From: Candidatus Poribacteria bacterium
Lineage (GTDB): Bacteria; Poribacteria; WGA-4E; WGA-3G
Assembly (NCBI GenBank): GCA_965214095.1
Contig: OZ243938.1
Span: forward strand, 1,504,001 to 1,568,000
DNA: 64,000 nt
Direction of reading: 5' to 3'
The notes beneath the pieces are model-generated. The model worked only from the letters and a program-made list of their open reading frames with translations, searched no databases and was not told where the DNA came from. The translations under genes and the position numbers were made by a program. Shown in pieces: positions 38,701-48,087 of this stretch; position 1 is the stretch's first letter, and each line of letters begins with the position of its first letter.

Positions 38701-39003
38701 TATGCTATATTAAAGGGTGGAAGTATCCGTTTACGACCAATCATTCTAACTTCATTGACAACGATTTTCGGACTTTTACCGATGTCACTTGGATTTGGTG
38801 GAAAATCTCCTATCTGGACACCTATGGCAAATACAATTATCTTCGGTCTTGCATTTGCAACGCTTATGACACTGTTTGTTATGCCTTCTTTATATGCTAT
38901 CACAACTGACATAGGTAATGTATTTCGGAGAAAGACTGAGGAAGGGTATGACACTGTTCCAGACAGAGATATGTTAGACGCTGCTGCCCCTGCTGATGAT
39001 TAA
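35776..39003 (+). CDS. RND efflux permease (AcrB/AcrD/AcrF family)
   Basis: YPGASPEEVE, GIVVDDAIVVIEN, RLRPIILTSLTT. Confidence 0.95.
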   Translation: MSIPKMSVNNPVLANMLMIIIIIFGVYAWITLPRELTPEIALQSATVTTLYPGASPEEVEKLISAPIEDAIEENVNKINLMLSTSSEGRSIITIDFDEMSNREFDKEMENLRTAVEGVNDLPEEILDDPKVVELDVASGFPMLTIVVGGSISEAQMRDISEELKDEILEIKNIASVQIAGLREREIWIEVNPDRLKAYNLPIAAINRALQAGNINLPAGTLEIGNTEFMVRTMGEFTNPDYIGNTIISVQPSGTPIRLRDVATVSDTYEEARTLSRIDGKSSISLSVQKKKEGNTISLVAELRDLVERHKDNLPDGAVLTPVNDYSVILKERLGILETNAVFGLILVILMLFLFIGWRNALFAALGIPVAFMATFWFMSIAGYTLSGVSLFGLILVVGIVVDDAIVVIENTYRHIERGESPKLAAIRGAEEVGWPVLAASLTTIGAFGPLMFMSGTSGQFMRIVPIMAIIVLVASLFEVFVILPAHVSEWGKARPQTGRSRLEALRTRSRNVFSLTIIIAGFFAWFATIFDIIRRRYVRILKLTIRSRYVFVSSVILIGMVTCVGAFSVLDKELFPGEDFPQFYVKAEMPPSYGIQETTAVIAQLEDAAKKLPESEIAAIVSNIGLHTPTAGLVEGITYGSNFGELIIELVPKQERTRDTDQIIASLRENTTNISGIEELNFVKLQGGPPQGQDVEVKVKGTYFSQLVEIADRLKVTLGEIDGVEDIRDDFRIGKSELRIYLKPEKAALFGMTTMQVAQTVRNAIEGAKATTYREADEAIDVVVKYREDRLQTIAELKDLLITTPIGTIIPLKDVAVIAEEKGYADIRRFEGERAITVYASVDRTKTSPFQVNEILRSSFADIEALYPGYRLDFRGVFDEIIQSFSELWKLFIVGVLVIYVILGAQFKSFTQPVIILFAVPFGMIGAMVGLLLSNATLSMVAMFGIVALTGIVVNDSIVLIDFINKYRALGFNRWYAILKGGSIRLRPIILTSLTTIFGLLPMSLGFGGKSPIWTPMANTIIFGLAFATLMTLFVMPSLYAITTDIGNVFRRKTEEGYDTVPDRDMLDAAAPADD

Positions 39004-39073
39004 ACAAAATGCATGAAGAAATCTATTTTACTCGGTATATAAGACTCTATAGTAAATCATAAAGGAATGAGAT

Positions 39074-40033
39074 ATGAAAATTGCTTTTATTGGTGTAGGT
39101 GGTATAGCTGGAAATTACCGTGGAAGTCTCAGACGTTTGGAGCGTCCTATTGCTGCGATATGTGATATCAACGCAGATCGCGCTGAATCTGTTGCCAGTG
39201 ATGAAAACGCAACAGCATACACTAACCATCAAGATATGCTACAGAAAGAGAAGCCGGATGTTGTATTTACTTGTATTCCGCCCGGTGCACACGACACACA
39301 AGTCGCTGATGCTGCAAAATCCGGGGCTGCAGTCTTTGTTGCGAAACCGGTTGCCCAGGATCTGAATACAGGTAAAAACGCTCGTGATGCAATTGCAGAT
39401 TCAGGTGTCATCAATCAAGTCGGATATATGGCGCGGTATAGTGACATCACTGACAAATCGAAAGAGTTAATCGGGGATAGAGAACTTTCAATGGGGATTG
39501 GCAGATTTTTCGCTCGGATGGGTGCAAATCATCCGTGGTGGGGGAAATTTGAGGTATCCATTGGACAGATGGTTGAACAGACAACACATGTATTCGATCT
39601 TATCCGCTACTTCTTAGGAGATGTTGAGACTGTCCAAGCATTCGGCATCAAAGGCGTATCTGATGATATTGCTGACTTTGAGGAGTGTACTGTCTGTAAT
39701 CTGAAGTTTACGAGTGGAGCCGTAGCAAGCATTACAAGCACTTGTGTGGCGCGTGCACATGAGGGTTTCGCCACCGAGTTGGTTGGGGATGACATCTACC
39801 TCAAACTCACACACGATTTAGGATTACGGGGACAGGTTGCGGGTGAAAGTGTAGAATATACCGGTTCTGAAGCAGGATATTTCCGTCAGGTGGAGCAGTT
39901 TATCAAAGCCGTTGAAGCAAATGACCAAAATATGGTGCGATCATCTTATGCAGATGCATATAAGACGTTTGCTGTTACACTTGCAGCCAATCGTTCGTTA
40001 GAAACAGGACAGGTTGAACAGGTCAAAATATGA
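39074..40033 (+). CDS. Gfo/Idh/MocA family oxidoreductase
   Basis: IGVGGIA, VFVAKPVA, HVFDL. Confidence 0.9.
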   Translation: MKIAFIGVGGIAGNYRGSLRRLERPIAAICDINADRAESVASDENATAYTNHQDMLQKEKPDVVFTCIPPGAHDTQVADAAKSGAAVFVAKPVAQDLNTGKNARDAIADSGVINQVGYMARYSDITDKSKELIGDRELSMGIGRFFARMGANHPWWGKFEVSIGQMVEQTTHVFDLIRYFLGDVETVQAFGIKGVSDDIADFEECTVCNLKFTSGAVASITSTCVARAHEGFATELVGDDIYLKLTHDLGLRGQVAGESVEYTGSEAGYFRQVEQFIKAVEANDQNMVRSSYADAYKTFAVTLAANRSLETGQVEQVKI

Positions 40034-40068
40034 ACACTGTAAAAGTGTTGCATCAGTTGGAAATGGTA

Positions 40069-40485
40069 TCAGGAAACAATCAAAGATTTATCCAGTAGTA
40101 TCCAGGAACGTCTATCTTTCTTAGGGAATGGAAAAGGATTTTTGTATGTACGGACATTTGTAATATGAATAAGTGTGGCATACTTGGCAAAAGTCCATTT
40201 TTCTCTAAATTCTTCAAACCCCATGTCAACAAAGATTTCTCTATGATAATGAGATCTGATGTTGTGTAGTCTTTCGGTGGTTAAGTCTTCGTAAGTCTCT
40301 ATTTTGGAAGCGATGAATTGTCCTTTGACAAGTCCTACGTTTTCCTTCATGTAGACAACATCTCCTTCACTGATTTTTCCGTAGGGCGCACACCGAACTT
40401 TGGAAAGTCTACTGTCAATAGTTTTCTTGCCATCTAAGATAAGGTCAAGCCAAGGTTGTGTGAAAATAGCGAGATGATATTGCAT
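40069..40485 (-). CDS. ASCH domain protein
   Basis: HLAIF-x-QPWLDLILDGKKTIDSR...GDVVY; likely start MQYHL at 40485. Confidence 0.8.
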   Translation of the reverse strand: MQYHLAIFTQPWLDLILDGKKTIDSRLSKVRCAPYGKISEGDVVYMKENVGLVKGQFIASKIETYEDLTTERLHNIRSHYHREIFVDMGFEEFREKWTFAKYATLIHITNVRTYKNPFPFPKKDRRSWILLDKSLIVS

Positions 40486-40521
40486 TATTGCGTTCCGTAT
40501 CCGATTGATTATTTTGTATAG

Positions 40522-40633
40522 TACCATTTCTATAAATGTTTATCCCATTAACATTTGTTAAGAATGTCTTGAAGGACGGCACAAACTGGCAGTTTGTGCT
40601 ACAAAAATGTGGTGTTTTCTATTAGAAATGGTA
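40522..40633. mobile_element. 112-bp MITE (second copy)
   Basis: Near-identical to 26819-26930; internal GGCACAAACTGGCAGTTTGTGCTAC palindrome. Confidence 0.9.
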
Positions 40634-40725
40634 TAACAAGTTCTTTTTTAAATTGTGGCATAGAATGTCCGATGTACAATGTATTGTACAACAGCAAACG
40701 GCATATTTACAGGAATGGTATTACT

Positions 40726-41241
40726 ATGGATAAAGATGATTTTGTAGATTTACATGAAGACATTTATATACTTGAGGCAGTAGGTTTGAATCGCATTGCT
40801 TATGCAGACGGTATCTTGAGAGCTGCGGCTGTAGAAATAGATTCTCGTCTTGCTTATTCTGTATCATCTGAGCAAATAACTTATGTAACAGAAAAGACAC
40901 CGTTTATGGAGTTGTATCCGGATCCGAAACAAGTTTCAGTGATGCGGATGTTGATCGCTGATGGAACATTGCGAGAGATTCGGTTGTTGGATTCTGAAGT
41001 GCAACAAGAATTGCGCAATCACTGGGCTAATCTCCATTTTGGAGAAGATGACCCTACAAAATTAGAAGCAGATCAACTCAAGTATGGACGCATATTGATG
41101 AATTGTAGCAATACTGGCTTTGAAGCATTGGATAAGACATTAATCCCTGAACCTAATCAAGAAAGCAGATATTGGGATAGAATGGTTGAAGTAGCGGATT
41201 CACTAAAAGGCTTAAACGCTGCAAAACATATCTTTTCTTAG
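40726..41241 (+). CDS. Hypothetical protein
   Basis: Protein-like acidic ORF from MDKDDF; the longer ORF-track start lies inside the MITE. Confidence 0.6.
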   Translation: MDKDDFVDLHEDIYILEAVGLNRIAYADGILRAAAVEIDSRLAYSVSSEQITYVTEKTPFMELYPDPKQVSVMRMLIADGTLREIRLLDSEVQQELRNHWANLHFGEDDPTKLEADQLKYGRILMNCSNTGFEALDKTLIPEPNQESRYWDRMVEVADSLKGLNAAKHIFS

Positions 41242-41254
41242 GTATTGTGGTAGT

Positions 41255-41737
41255 TCAAATTTCATATATTTTCGCATCCCGTGTTGTCATATCCACAACT
41301 GCGATTGTTGCTTTCCCCGTTGTCCAACCTCCTGTTTCACCGGGATTGAGTAGTAATGCTTTTTCTTTACTTATTTCAATTTTATGCGTGTGTCCGTAGA
41401 CAACGATGTCATATTCACCACTCTTTGCGATGGGGATGGCAAGTTCAGGATAGTGCATGACGGCAATGGACATATCACCAAGTGATGTGCTTGCAAGATT
41501 TGGATGTACTTCACCGATTGCTTCAAACTTTTTAGCAAGGACAACACGTTCTCCATCGTTGTTGCCAAAAACACCAACAACACGACAGTTTAAATCTGCT
41601 AATGGGTCAATTGCAAATGGTGCGATAAAATCCCCAGCATGGACTACTAAATCTACACCAATATCGTTGAATATTTCTACTGCACGTTTGACATTTGGGA
41701 TGTTGTCGTGACTGTCGGACATAACACCAAGTTTCAT
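41255..41737 (-). CDS. YfcE-family metallophosphoesterase
   Basis: SDSHDN, HAGD, GNND, GHTH, NPGE. Confidence 0.92.
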   Translation of the reverse strand: MKLGVMSDSHDNIPNVKRAVEIFNDIGVDLVVHAGDFIAPFAIDPLADLNCRVVGVFGNNDGERVVLAKKFEAIGEVHPNLASTSLGDMSIAVMHYPELAIPIAKSGEYDIVVYGHTHKIEISKEKALLLNPGETGGWTTGKATIAVVDMTTRDAKIYEI

Positions 41738-41752
41738 ATTAATTCCTTCCTT

Positions 41753-43096
41753 TTATGTGTCTACAAAAACTGGTAATCTGTGGATGACATTGCCGAGATA
41801 CCCCTTTGGGTTCCAGGGTTGGGTAAAAGGTTGTGCATTTCCTGCGTTGTCATAGCCGCGTGCCCATATTTCATAATAGCCTTTGTTCTCAATGGTAAGT
41901 TCGGTTTCCCAGTGATACCAAGCATATTTATTTGATGGTGAAGTCAATTGAGTTTCTTGCCATTGGATGCCGAAATCCGTTGAAACAAGAACTTTGTCAA
42001 TTTCACTTTCTCCTGCCCAAGCATGTCCTCTTATTTTTATAGGTGTGCCTGCACGTAATTTTTTATGTGATTCGGGTTGGGTGATGAGAGATTTTACCTG
42101 CCACGAAGTTGCGATAAGCATATCTTCAACGGGTGGGATGTTTCCCGGTTCAACTTGATATGCTGGCATGCGATAGGAGTATCCACTCATTTTTTCAGAG
42201 TCGTGAACTTGGTCTCTTACCCAGATACGATTGAGCCATTTCTGCATTGCACTGCCAATCCATCCTGGGACGATCAATCTTGCGGGAAATCCGTGAGCAG
42301 CGGGTAATGTCTCACCGTTCATCTTTATCGCGATGAGTGTCCGTTCATCCATTGCTTTATCAATCGGAATGCCACGTGAAAAAGATTCGCTTCCATCAGT
42401 TGGGATATCTTCGCCATAGTTACCTGTGTAGATAGCAGACGGTTTTAACCCAGCAGCTTGGAGGACATCACGCATCCGCACACCTGTCCATTCACTACAT
42501 GCGACTGCCCCGAGTTGCCATGGCGTGCCATCTATCTTTGGTTCAAACAGACTCCTACCATTCCCCGCACATTCCAACACAACTTCATAAGTCACCTGTG
42601 GGAAACTTTGCAGATCTTCCATTGATAGCGCAAGTTCTTTGTGTACCTCGCCATCAACCATTAATTTCCATCCGTTGAGATTTTTTTCTATTGCACGTTT
42701 GGGAATGCTGCTGTTGTTTCGCACGAAATGCCTTTCCGTTGGCGTAACATTGTCGTTAAGCAAATGCGGTGCAAATTCCCCGTTAAATGGGTTTTCCGAG
42801 TGCACAAGCATCTCAGGCTTTGGGAGTCCTGATGCATCCAAATCCTCAAGTGCTATAGGCATCATACCTCGCCCCAAGAGACCTTGGTTGACTGCCTCAC
42901 AACCGGCACCGAACAAACCCATACCCATGAGTAATGCGACTTTACCTGTATTGGCAAGAAAATCTCGTCTTGAATGCCTATCGGCAGTCGGTAATCGGCA
43001 GATAGCAGTGTGCGGTTGCATATCACTTTCTGCACCAGATTGCTCTCGACCGACTACTGATGGCTGACTGCTTGAAACTTGATAGTTATTAGTCAT
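41753..43096 (-). CDS. Sulfite oxidase-family molybdoenzyme, Tat lipoprotein
   Basis: SRRDFL...LFGAG-C; HFVRNN, LECAGNGR, HGFPARLIVPGWIG, KWL. Start uncertain (43096 or about 43021). Confidence 0.88.
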   Translation of the reverse strand: MTNNYQVSSSQPSVVGREQSGAESDMQPHTAICRLPTADRHSRRDFLANTGKVALLMGMGLFGAGCEAVNQGLLGRGMMPIALEDLDASGLPKPEMLVHSENPFNGEFAPHLLNDNVTPTERHFVRNNSSIPKRAIEKNLNGWKLMVDGEVHKELALSMEDLQSFPQVTYEVVLECAGNGRSLFEPKIDGTPWQLGAVACSEWTGVRMRDVLQAAGLKPSAIYTGNYGEDIPTDGSESFSRGIPIDKAMDERTLIAIKMNGETLPAAHGFPARLIVPGWIGSAMQKWLNRIWVRDQVHDSEKMSGYSYRMPAYQVEPGNIPPVEDMLIATSWQVKSLITQPESHKKLRAGTPIKIRGHAWAGESEIDKVLVSTDFGIQWQETQLTSPSNKYAWYHWETELTIENKGYYEIWARGYDNAGNAQPFTQPWNPKGYLGNVIHRLPVFVDT

Positions 43097-44927
43097 CGTC
43101 GCGTTCGCTAAGTAATTCACCTCGTGCAAGACGTTCTGCGTTTTCCGTAGACCACAGAATGTTTTTCATCAGTTTTTGTGCTGTGATGTAACGCGTTGCT
43201 GCCAATAAGTGCATCCGTTTTTCTTCAGGGTCGTCAGATAAGTCGTAATGCCGATATGCGACTTCAAGCACTTGGAACATGTGGAGTTCAGCGTCTTCAC
43301 GTAGCAGAATGTGTGCAAGCGTTCGTTTCAGTGGATTGATGTCATGCCCTTCTTCAAGATATTGATTTACCAGTATCTCCGCCTCAAAAACTTTTTGGAA
43401 GTCAGCGAATTCTTGTAGTCGTTCTAACATCTTTTTTGGTGAGTCGTAAGTCTCGTCGGGTAACCGTTGTCCAGGTTTAGGAATTCGTGCGGCAGGCATG
43501 TTCAACCAACGTAAGTATGCCAAGTAGACTACACCGTGAAATATACCGCGTAGTAAAGTAGCACTGGGTGCATACTGAAAAGCATGATATAAAGCGTGTG
43601 AGTATGAGTAGATATTAGCTACATCGTGCCAGTCACCTTCATTTTTCAGATGGAAACGTGCAGTGCGAATTGCTGAGGCATAAGTCATTGCGCGGCAGAT
43701 GTCAGTGGGTTTGACTCCTTTGCGTAAATATTCCTCTACAATAACAACAGTGGGTTCAAATTCATCTGCGAGCAGTGTCTGCGTAAACTCGGATATATCA
43801 AGTTCTGCTTCGTTAGTTTGGTTGTCTCCCCATATACTATCAAGTCTTTTGAAAATGGGTTGTAAGACTGGTACGGAATCTGCCCATCGAGAAGTTTCCT
43901 CATGACGTGTTCTGCTGACGAGATCAACGACGATGGGACGTAATATCTCATGTGAACCTTCCCAGTTGATGTATTCCAATGCCTCAAACATCTTATTAGC
44001 GAAATCAAGCGCGTGTCCGTCACCTGTGAAGTAATAATCAGTTGCTGCAGTGTAGACGAAATCTGCGATGACAGATTTGTCGTAGTCTCTGTCATTTAAG
44101 GTTAACAAGATACGTTCTGCTGCGCCTCTGTGGCGTTTATCTACAAAATAGCGGAACCATCGTTTTAGTGTCACGAGGTCGTGATCATTTTTTGTTCTTG
44201 GGAATGGGGAACGATAGGGACGTGCACTTCCTGTTGTTCTCCGACTAATCTGACTCAATCCGTGAACGAGAAATAGGTTATGGTCATTTGGGTCAACATC
44301 ATCCCACATGTTTGCTGCAAGTGTGAGTATTGCAACACCTGACGACCATCCATCACTACTTTTGTGTGCGCCGTAGTGGAGTCCTTGTTGTATAATTTCT
44401 GCAGGATCGGCACCCGCATCACGTAGTGCAGTAACTGCTTTTGCGATAAAGAATGTACTACGGTCTTTGAGTCCACGTTCAAGTGCCCGTTTCCCGTTTT
44501 CAATGACTCGTCTTTTAGCTGCCTCGCGTTCACCTTTTGCTAATCCGACGTATAAATAACCGTCTTCACGCATCTCAACAGGAAATGCTTTTAGGTCATC
44601 ACCAGATGCTAAGAAGCATGCACCTGACTTGAGGTCAAATTCCCAGTGGTGCCAGTGGCATATTAGCACGCCATCACGGATGCTACCTTTGGACATTGGA
44701 TAACCCATGTGTGGACAACGGTTGTCAACAGCGTAATAGTGATCGTTATTTTTGAATACAGCGAGATGCGTTCCGTTGACATGGAAGGGTTTGCCTTCCA
44801 GTTCTTCAAAATCTTCAGCGGGACAGAGTTGATGATATACAAGTTGGGATTCGTCTATTTCTATTGGTGGTAGTGGTTCAACGGTAACTGAACCGATGCC
44901 AGTTTCTTCAAGAGCGGGAGTCTGCAT
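43089..44927 (-). CDS. Rieske [2Fe-2S] domain + large helical C-terminal region (paralog 3, His-rich motifs intact)
   Basis: CPHMGYPM...CHWHHW; GHALDFANK, RTARFH, REDAELH. Confidence 0.88.
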   Translation of the reverse strand: MQTPALEETGIGSVTVEPLPPIEIDESQLVYHQLCPAEDFEELEGKPFHVNGTHLAVFKNNDHYYAVDNRCPHMGYPMSKGSIRDGVLICHWHHWEFDLKSGACFLASGDDLKAFPVEMREDGYLYVGLAKGEREAAKRRVIENGKRALERGLKDRSTFFIAKAVTALRDAGADPAEIIQQGLHYGAHKSSDGWSSGVAILTLAANMWDDVDPNDHNLFLVHGLSQISRRTTGSARPYRSPFPRTKNDHDLVTLKRWFRYFVDKRHRGAAERILLTLNDRDYDKSVIADFVYTAATDYYFTGDGHALDFANKMFEALEYINWEGSHEILRPIVVDLVSRTRHEETSRWADSVPVLQPIFKRLDSIWGDNQTNEAELDISEFTQTLLADEFEPTVVIVEEYLRKGVKPTDICRAMTYASAIRTARFHLKNEGDWHDVANIYSYSHALYHAFQYAPSATLLRGIFHGVVYLAYLRWLNMPAARIPKPGQRLPDETYDSPKKMLERLQEFADFQKVFEAEILVNQYLEEGHDINPLKRTLAHILLREDAELHMFQVLEVAYRHYDLSDDPEEKRMHLLAATRYITAQKLMKNILWSTENAERLARGELLSERDDD

Positions 44928-45093
44928 GGTGTGCCTCCTTTTGAAGGTTGTTTGTTCGTGGAGGGGTTATAATGATTCGTATGTACTGGATTATCAGTAT
45001 ATCCCACTTTCTAAAAAATGTAAAGAACGAAGGTCAGGGTTATGTAGTTTTAGGATTTTTGTTCAATTTTATTCACTAACGTTAATTTTGTTA

Positions 45094-45200
45094 TGGGTTT
45101 GTATTCCTTTTTGTCTGAACCAGGATTTGCAGGATTAGTAGATTTTCAGGATTATGAGTCTGACGTTTCAAAGTGCCATTGGTAAGATTGGCTGCACTGA
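45094..45200. repeat. GGTTCAGACAA-family repeat (reverse orientation)
   Basis: Matches 15198-15255 and the reverse complement of 8425-8520. Confidence 0.75.
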
Positions 45201-45356
45201 TTTTGGTAAAAAGTGATAATCCAAATCAACGTTGAATAAGCATAAGGTCTTTGGTGAATTTCGTAAACTCTACCCAGCAGATGGTGTGTAATAAATATGT
45301 TAACATAAGAGAGTATGTTTGTCAAGTGCCATTTCAATAATTTTGTAGGAAATCAA

Positions 45357-46217
45357 TCAGTTTGACCGAAAAACGTTATTCGGTTCACCACGATAGAGGT
45401 GAATGTTATACTTCAACGTCAAAGTATCATAAGGAGGAGAAAGATGGAACGGTTCATGGTAGACAGGGGAAGGATGGATTAGGGCGTAGTTCTTTCTATT
45501 ACGCACCCACCATGTTGTTGGATGACGGGGATTGTCGGAATGATCAGTGATTATTACTCCGTAAGTTTCGTTGTCAGCAGGATGTGTAGCAGTGAAGCTG
45601 CACCATTTACTCTGTTTTCCAAAGATGTCCATTGGCTCGGTGCGTCCATCTGCGTCTAATAGTTTTCCCGGCGTAAGAATGTTGTCAAAACGGATTGCCA
45701 TACCGCTGTAATACCTTCCATCTGCACCGGGTTCACCTCGCCGTAAGTCCAGCACAACATCACGGTCGTTTGTTCGGAACGTCAACGTAATGTTTATACT
45801 CATTGAATCTATTGAATCTGCTGTGGGAGGAATGAAGATTGTGATTTTTCGTTGCTCTGTAAGGTGTTTTATTCCTTGCCAATCTATCCATGCGTTTTCA
45901 GTAACCAGATTTACGCCAGCGATACCTGCAATTTGTCTAATAATCCGTTGATGGACGATTTTACCGAAGCCGGTAGGGTCTGCTCCTTTTGCGGGTTGTT
46001 CCCAAAAATTGACATCGTTCACCTTTTTCCACGCAACCCATAGTCCTTGATGATGGACGTGGTCGCCGGGTTCGTTCATTGTTAGCGATGGGGCACCGGG
46101 TAGGTTTAATGGATGGCAGAAAGGACGGTTTCCATCTTCGGGAAAATGGTATCCTAAGACTTGTTGATCATTCCACGCGATAGATAGACTGTGTTTTGAT
46201 TGTGATATTGAGAACAT
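45357..46217 (-). CDS. DUF6807 / 'PmoA-like' (PF14100) family protein
   Basis: RPFCHPL, PGDHVHHQGLW, NFW, DHSDNPRHPTTWWVR. Confidence 0.75.
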   Translation of the reverse strand: MFSISQSKHSLSIAWNDQQVLGYHFPEDGNRPFCHPLNLPGAPSLTMNEPGDHVHHQGLWVAWKKVNDVNFWEQPAKGADPTGFGKIVHQRIIRQIAGIAGVNLVTENAWIDWQGIKHLTEQRKITIFIPPTADSIDSMSINITLTFRTNDRDVVLDLRRGEPGADGRYYSGMAIRFDNILTPGKLLDADGRTEPMDIFGKQSKWCSFTATHPADNETYGVIITDHSDNPRHPTTWWVRNRKNYALIHPSPVYHEPFHLSPPYDTLTLKYNIHLYRGEPNNVFRSN

Positions 46218-46253
46218 TCTTTATCCATTTGCCTATTCTTCATTTTCAACGAA

Positions 46254-47051
46254 TTATAGGTCTTGTTCTATAGTATAACCGTGTTCTTCAAGTGCATTAG
46301 ATACAGAATTCCAGATGGATCGTGCTTGTTTAACTGCTTCAGATGCCTCTGTGTTCGTGGCTTCTTGCATGGTCTCTGGATAGCGTGCCTCAACTGCCCA
46401 ACGGGTTAAATTCGACAGGTTTGGATACGCGGTTTTGAGTTGCCAACTCTCAGGCACCATGTCCCGCAGATCATTTAAGTTATGTGTTCTATGAAAGTCG
46501 ATCTGCAAGAAAATTAATGCTGCTTTTAACGCCTTTTCAGCACTTTGTTGTGCAAACCAACACGCTTGACGAGGCGGAATCTGCTGTTGACTCAAAAGCA
46601 TTTCAGCAGTTATCAAATCTTCCTCAGCATAACGTAGCCATCGGGTGGTATCTTCAAGTCTATCGGCTGTTTGCATATCTGATTTTTCCTCTTTGATAGA
46701 CATATTACTGAACGGATTAGATCCGCTTGCATCTGTGTTCCAACTCTTCCAAAGGACTTTACCTTCCTGCTGGGCGTAACGTAGCACCGAACCGATCCGC
46801 GTGCGGTGGCGTTCAAGTTCTTCAGGTGTTGAGACAAGGATGTCCTTCGACACGGGTATGTCGGACAGGTTATCCATAATATCAATGGCAGTTTTCCGCT
46901 TATCAGAGAGTTCTGGAAAAACTATGAGGAGATCTATGTCACTATTTCGATCTGCATCCCCTCTTGCTTGCGAACCGAAGAGAATAATCTGCAAGGGGTC
47001 ATATTCTTGCACGATGCGTTCTGTCATCGTTGAGATAAATTCGTTATTCAT
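46254..47051 (-). CDS. Fused minimal nucleotidyltransferase (MNT) + HEPN domain protein
   Basis: LFGSQARGDADRNSDIDLL then WLRYAEEDL...AQQSAEKALKA...RTHNL...EARYP. Confidence 0.85.
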   Translation of the reverse strand: MNNEFISTMTERIVQEYDPLQIILFGSQARGDADRNSDIDLLIVFPELSDKRKTAIDIMDNLSDIPVSKDILVSTPEELERHRTRIGSVLRYAQQEGKVLWKSWNTDASGSNPFSNMSIKEEKSDMQTADRLEDTTRWLRYAEEDLITAEMLLSQQQIPPRQACWFAQQSAEKALKAALIFLQIDFHRTHNLNDLRDMVPESWQLKTAYPNLSNLTRWAVEARYPETMQEATNTEASEAVKQARSIWNSVSNALEEHGYTIEQDL

Positions 47052-47154
47052 CCTATTTTCTCCTCAATTCCTAACTCGGTGATTTCTTACGGGCAAGCGA
47101 TTCACTAAGGCTATAGGATTGTAATTCCCACTATGCTCACGCTAAAACGCCACC

Positions 47155-47979
47155 TTAGTTTAGGAATGGACGCACAACTTCGCGTTCAATAGCCAATCCT
47201 TCCCATTCGTCATCACCCGGTCCGTCGTAGATAAGGGTGTGCGGTCCAGCAAAACCGGCTTTCTGCGTAAGTTCAAGGCATTGGACGTAATCTTCTTTGT
47301 CAATCTCGCGCGGGGCATCAAAATGTGCTTTGGTATGACAGGATTCAGCTAATGGTGCAATTTCTGCTAAGTCATCGTATTTTGTCTCACCACGCCAATT
47401 GCCGAAATCAAGACATAACCCGACTTTATCATCTAATCCATCTAAAATGGTTTTAACGTTATCGGGTGTGGAAAAGATAGAGAACCAGTTTTCAGTCATC
47501 AAACGTATACCAGCATTTTCTGCGCGTTTGGTGAGTTGGGAAAGTGCGTTTTGACTTTGTGCTAAGGTTTCTTCTGACGGTTCCGCTTTTCCACCTATGA
47601 CGCGGGCACATTCTGCACCCAGTTCACCTGCTATGTCAATCCATTTTTCAATCCAAGCGATGTCTCGTTCTGCATGAGATGAATGCGTGATGTCTCCGTC
47701 GTCAATTAATAATGAGAAAAGTTCAAGGTCGGCATCTTGGAGTGCAGCGCGGAGTTCATACAGATATGATTTATCAACTGAAGGAATGTGGAAATGACAG
47801 AGTTCAAACGTATTGATGCCAAACTCAAAAATTCGCATAGGCAAATCTAAAAGTGAAATAGGACCTTTATTGTGGGTTTCAGTAGGGATTTGCATGTCAT
47901 GTGCGGGACCGGTAAATGCTGGTTTCCCGAGTTGACGATGTAAACTCCATGATGAGACAGACAGACGGGGTGCTGGCAT
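47155..47979 (-). CDS. Sugar phosphate isomerase/epimerase-like TIM-barrel protein
   Basis: SVSSWSLH, MTENW, LCLDFGN, CHTK. Confidence 0.8.
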   Translation of the reverse strand: MPAPRLSVSSWSLHRQLGKPAFTGPAHDMQIPTETHNKGPISLLDLPMRIFEFGINTFELCHFHIPSVDKSYLYELRAALQDADLELFSLLIDDGDITHSSHAERDIAWIEKWIDIAGELGAECARVIGGKAEPSEETLAQSQNALSQLTKRAENAGIRLMTENWFSIFSTPDNVKTILDGLDDKVGLCLDFGNWRGETKYDDLAEIAPLAESCHTKAHFDAPREIDKEDYVQCLELTQKAGFAGPHTLIYDGPGDDEWEGLAIEREVVRPFLN

Positions 47980-48087
47980 ATAATTAAGCTCCAAATATAT
48001 TGATGTTTACAATATTTCTCTTAAGTTTAGCGTGAGTTCGGTGGATTTCTTATCGGTTGGATTGAGGAACGAAACCCAGTTGATAAT

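Noticed and set aside
45357-46217. Particulate methane monooxygenase (pmoA)
   Set aside because: Soluble DUF6807/PF14100-type protein with a misleading family name; no TM helices and no pmoCB.
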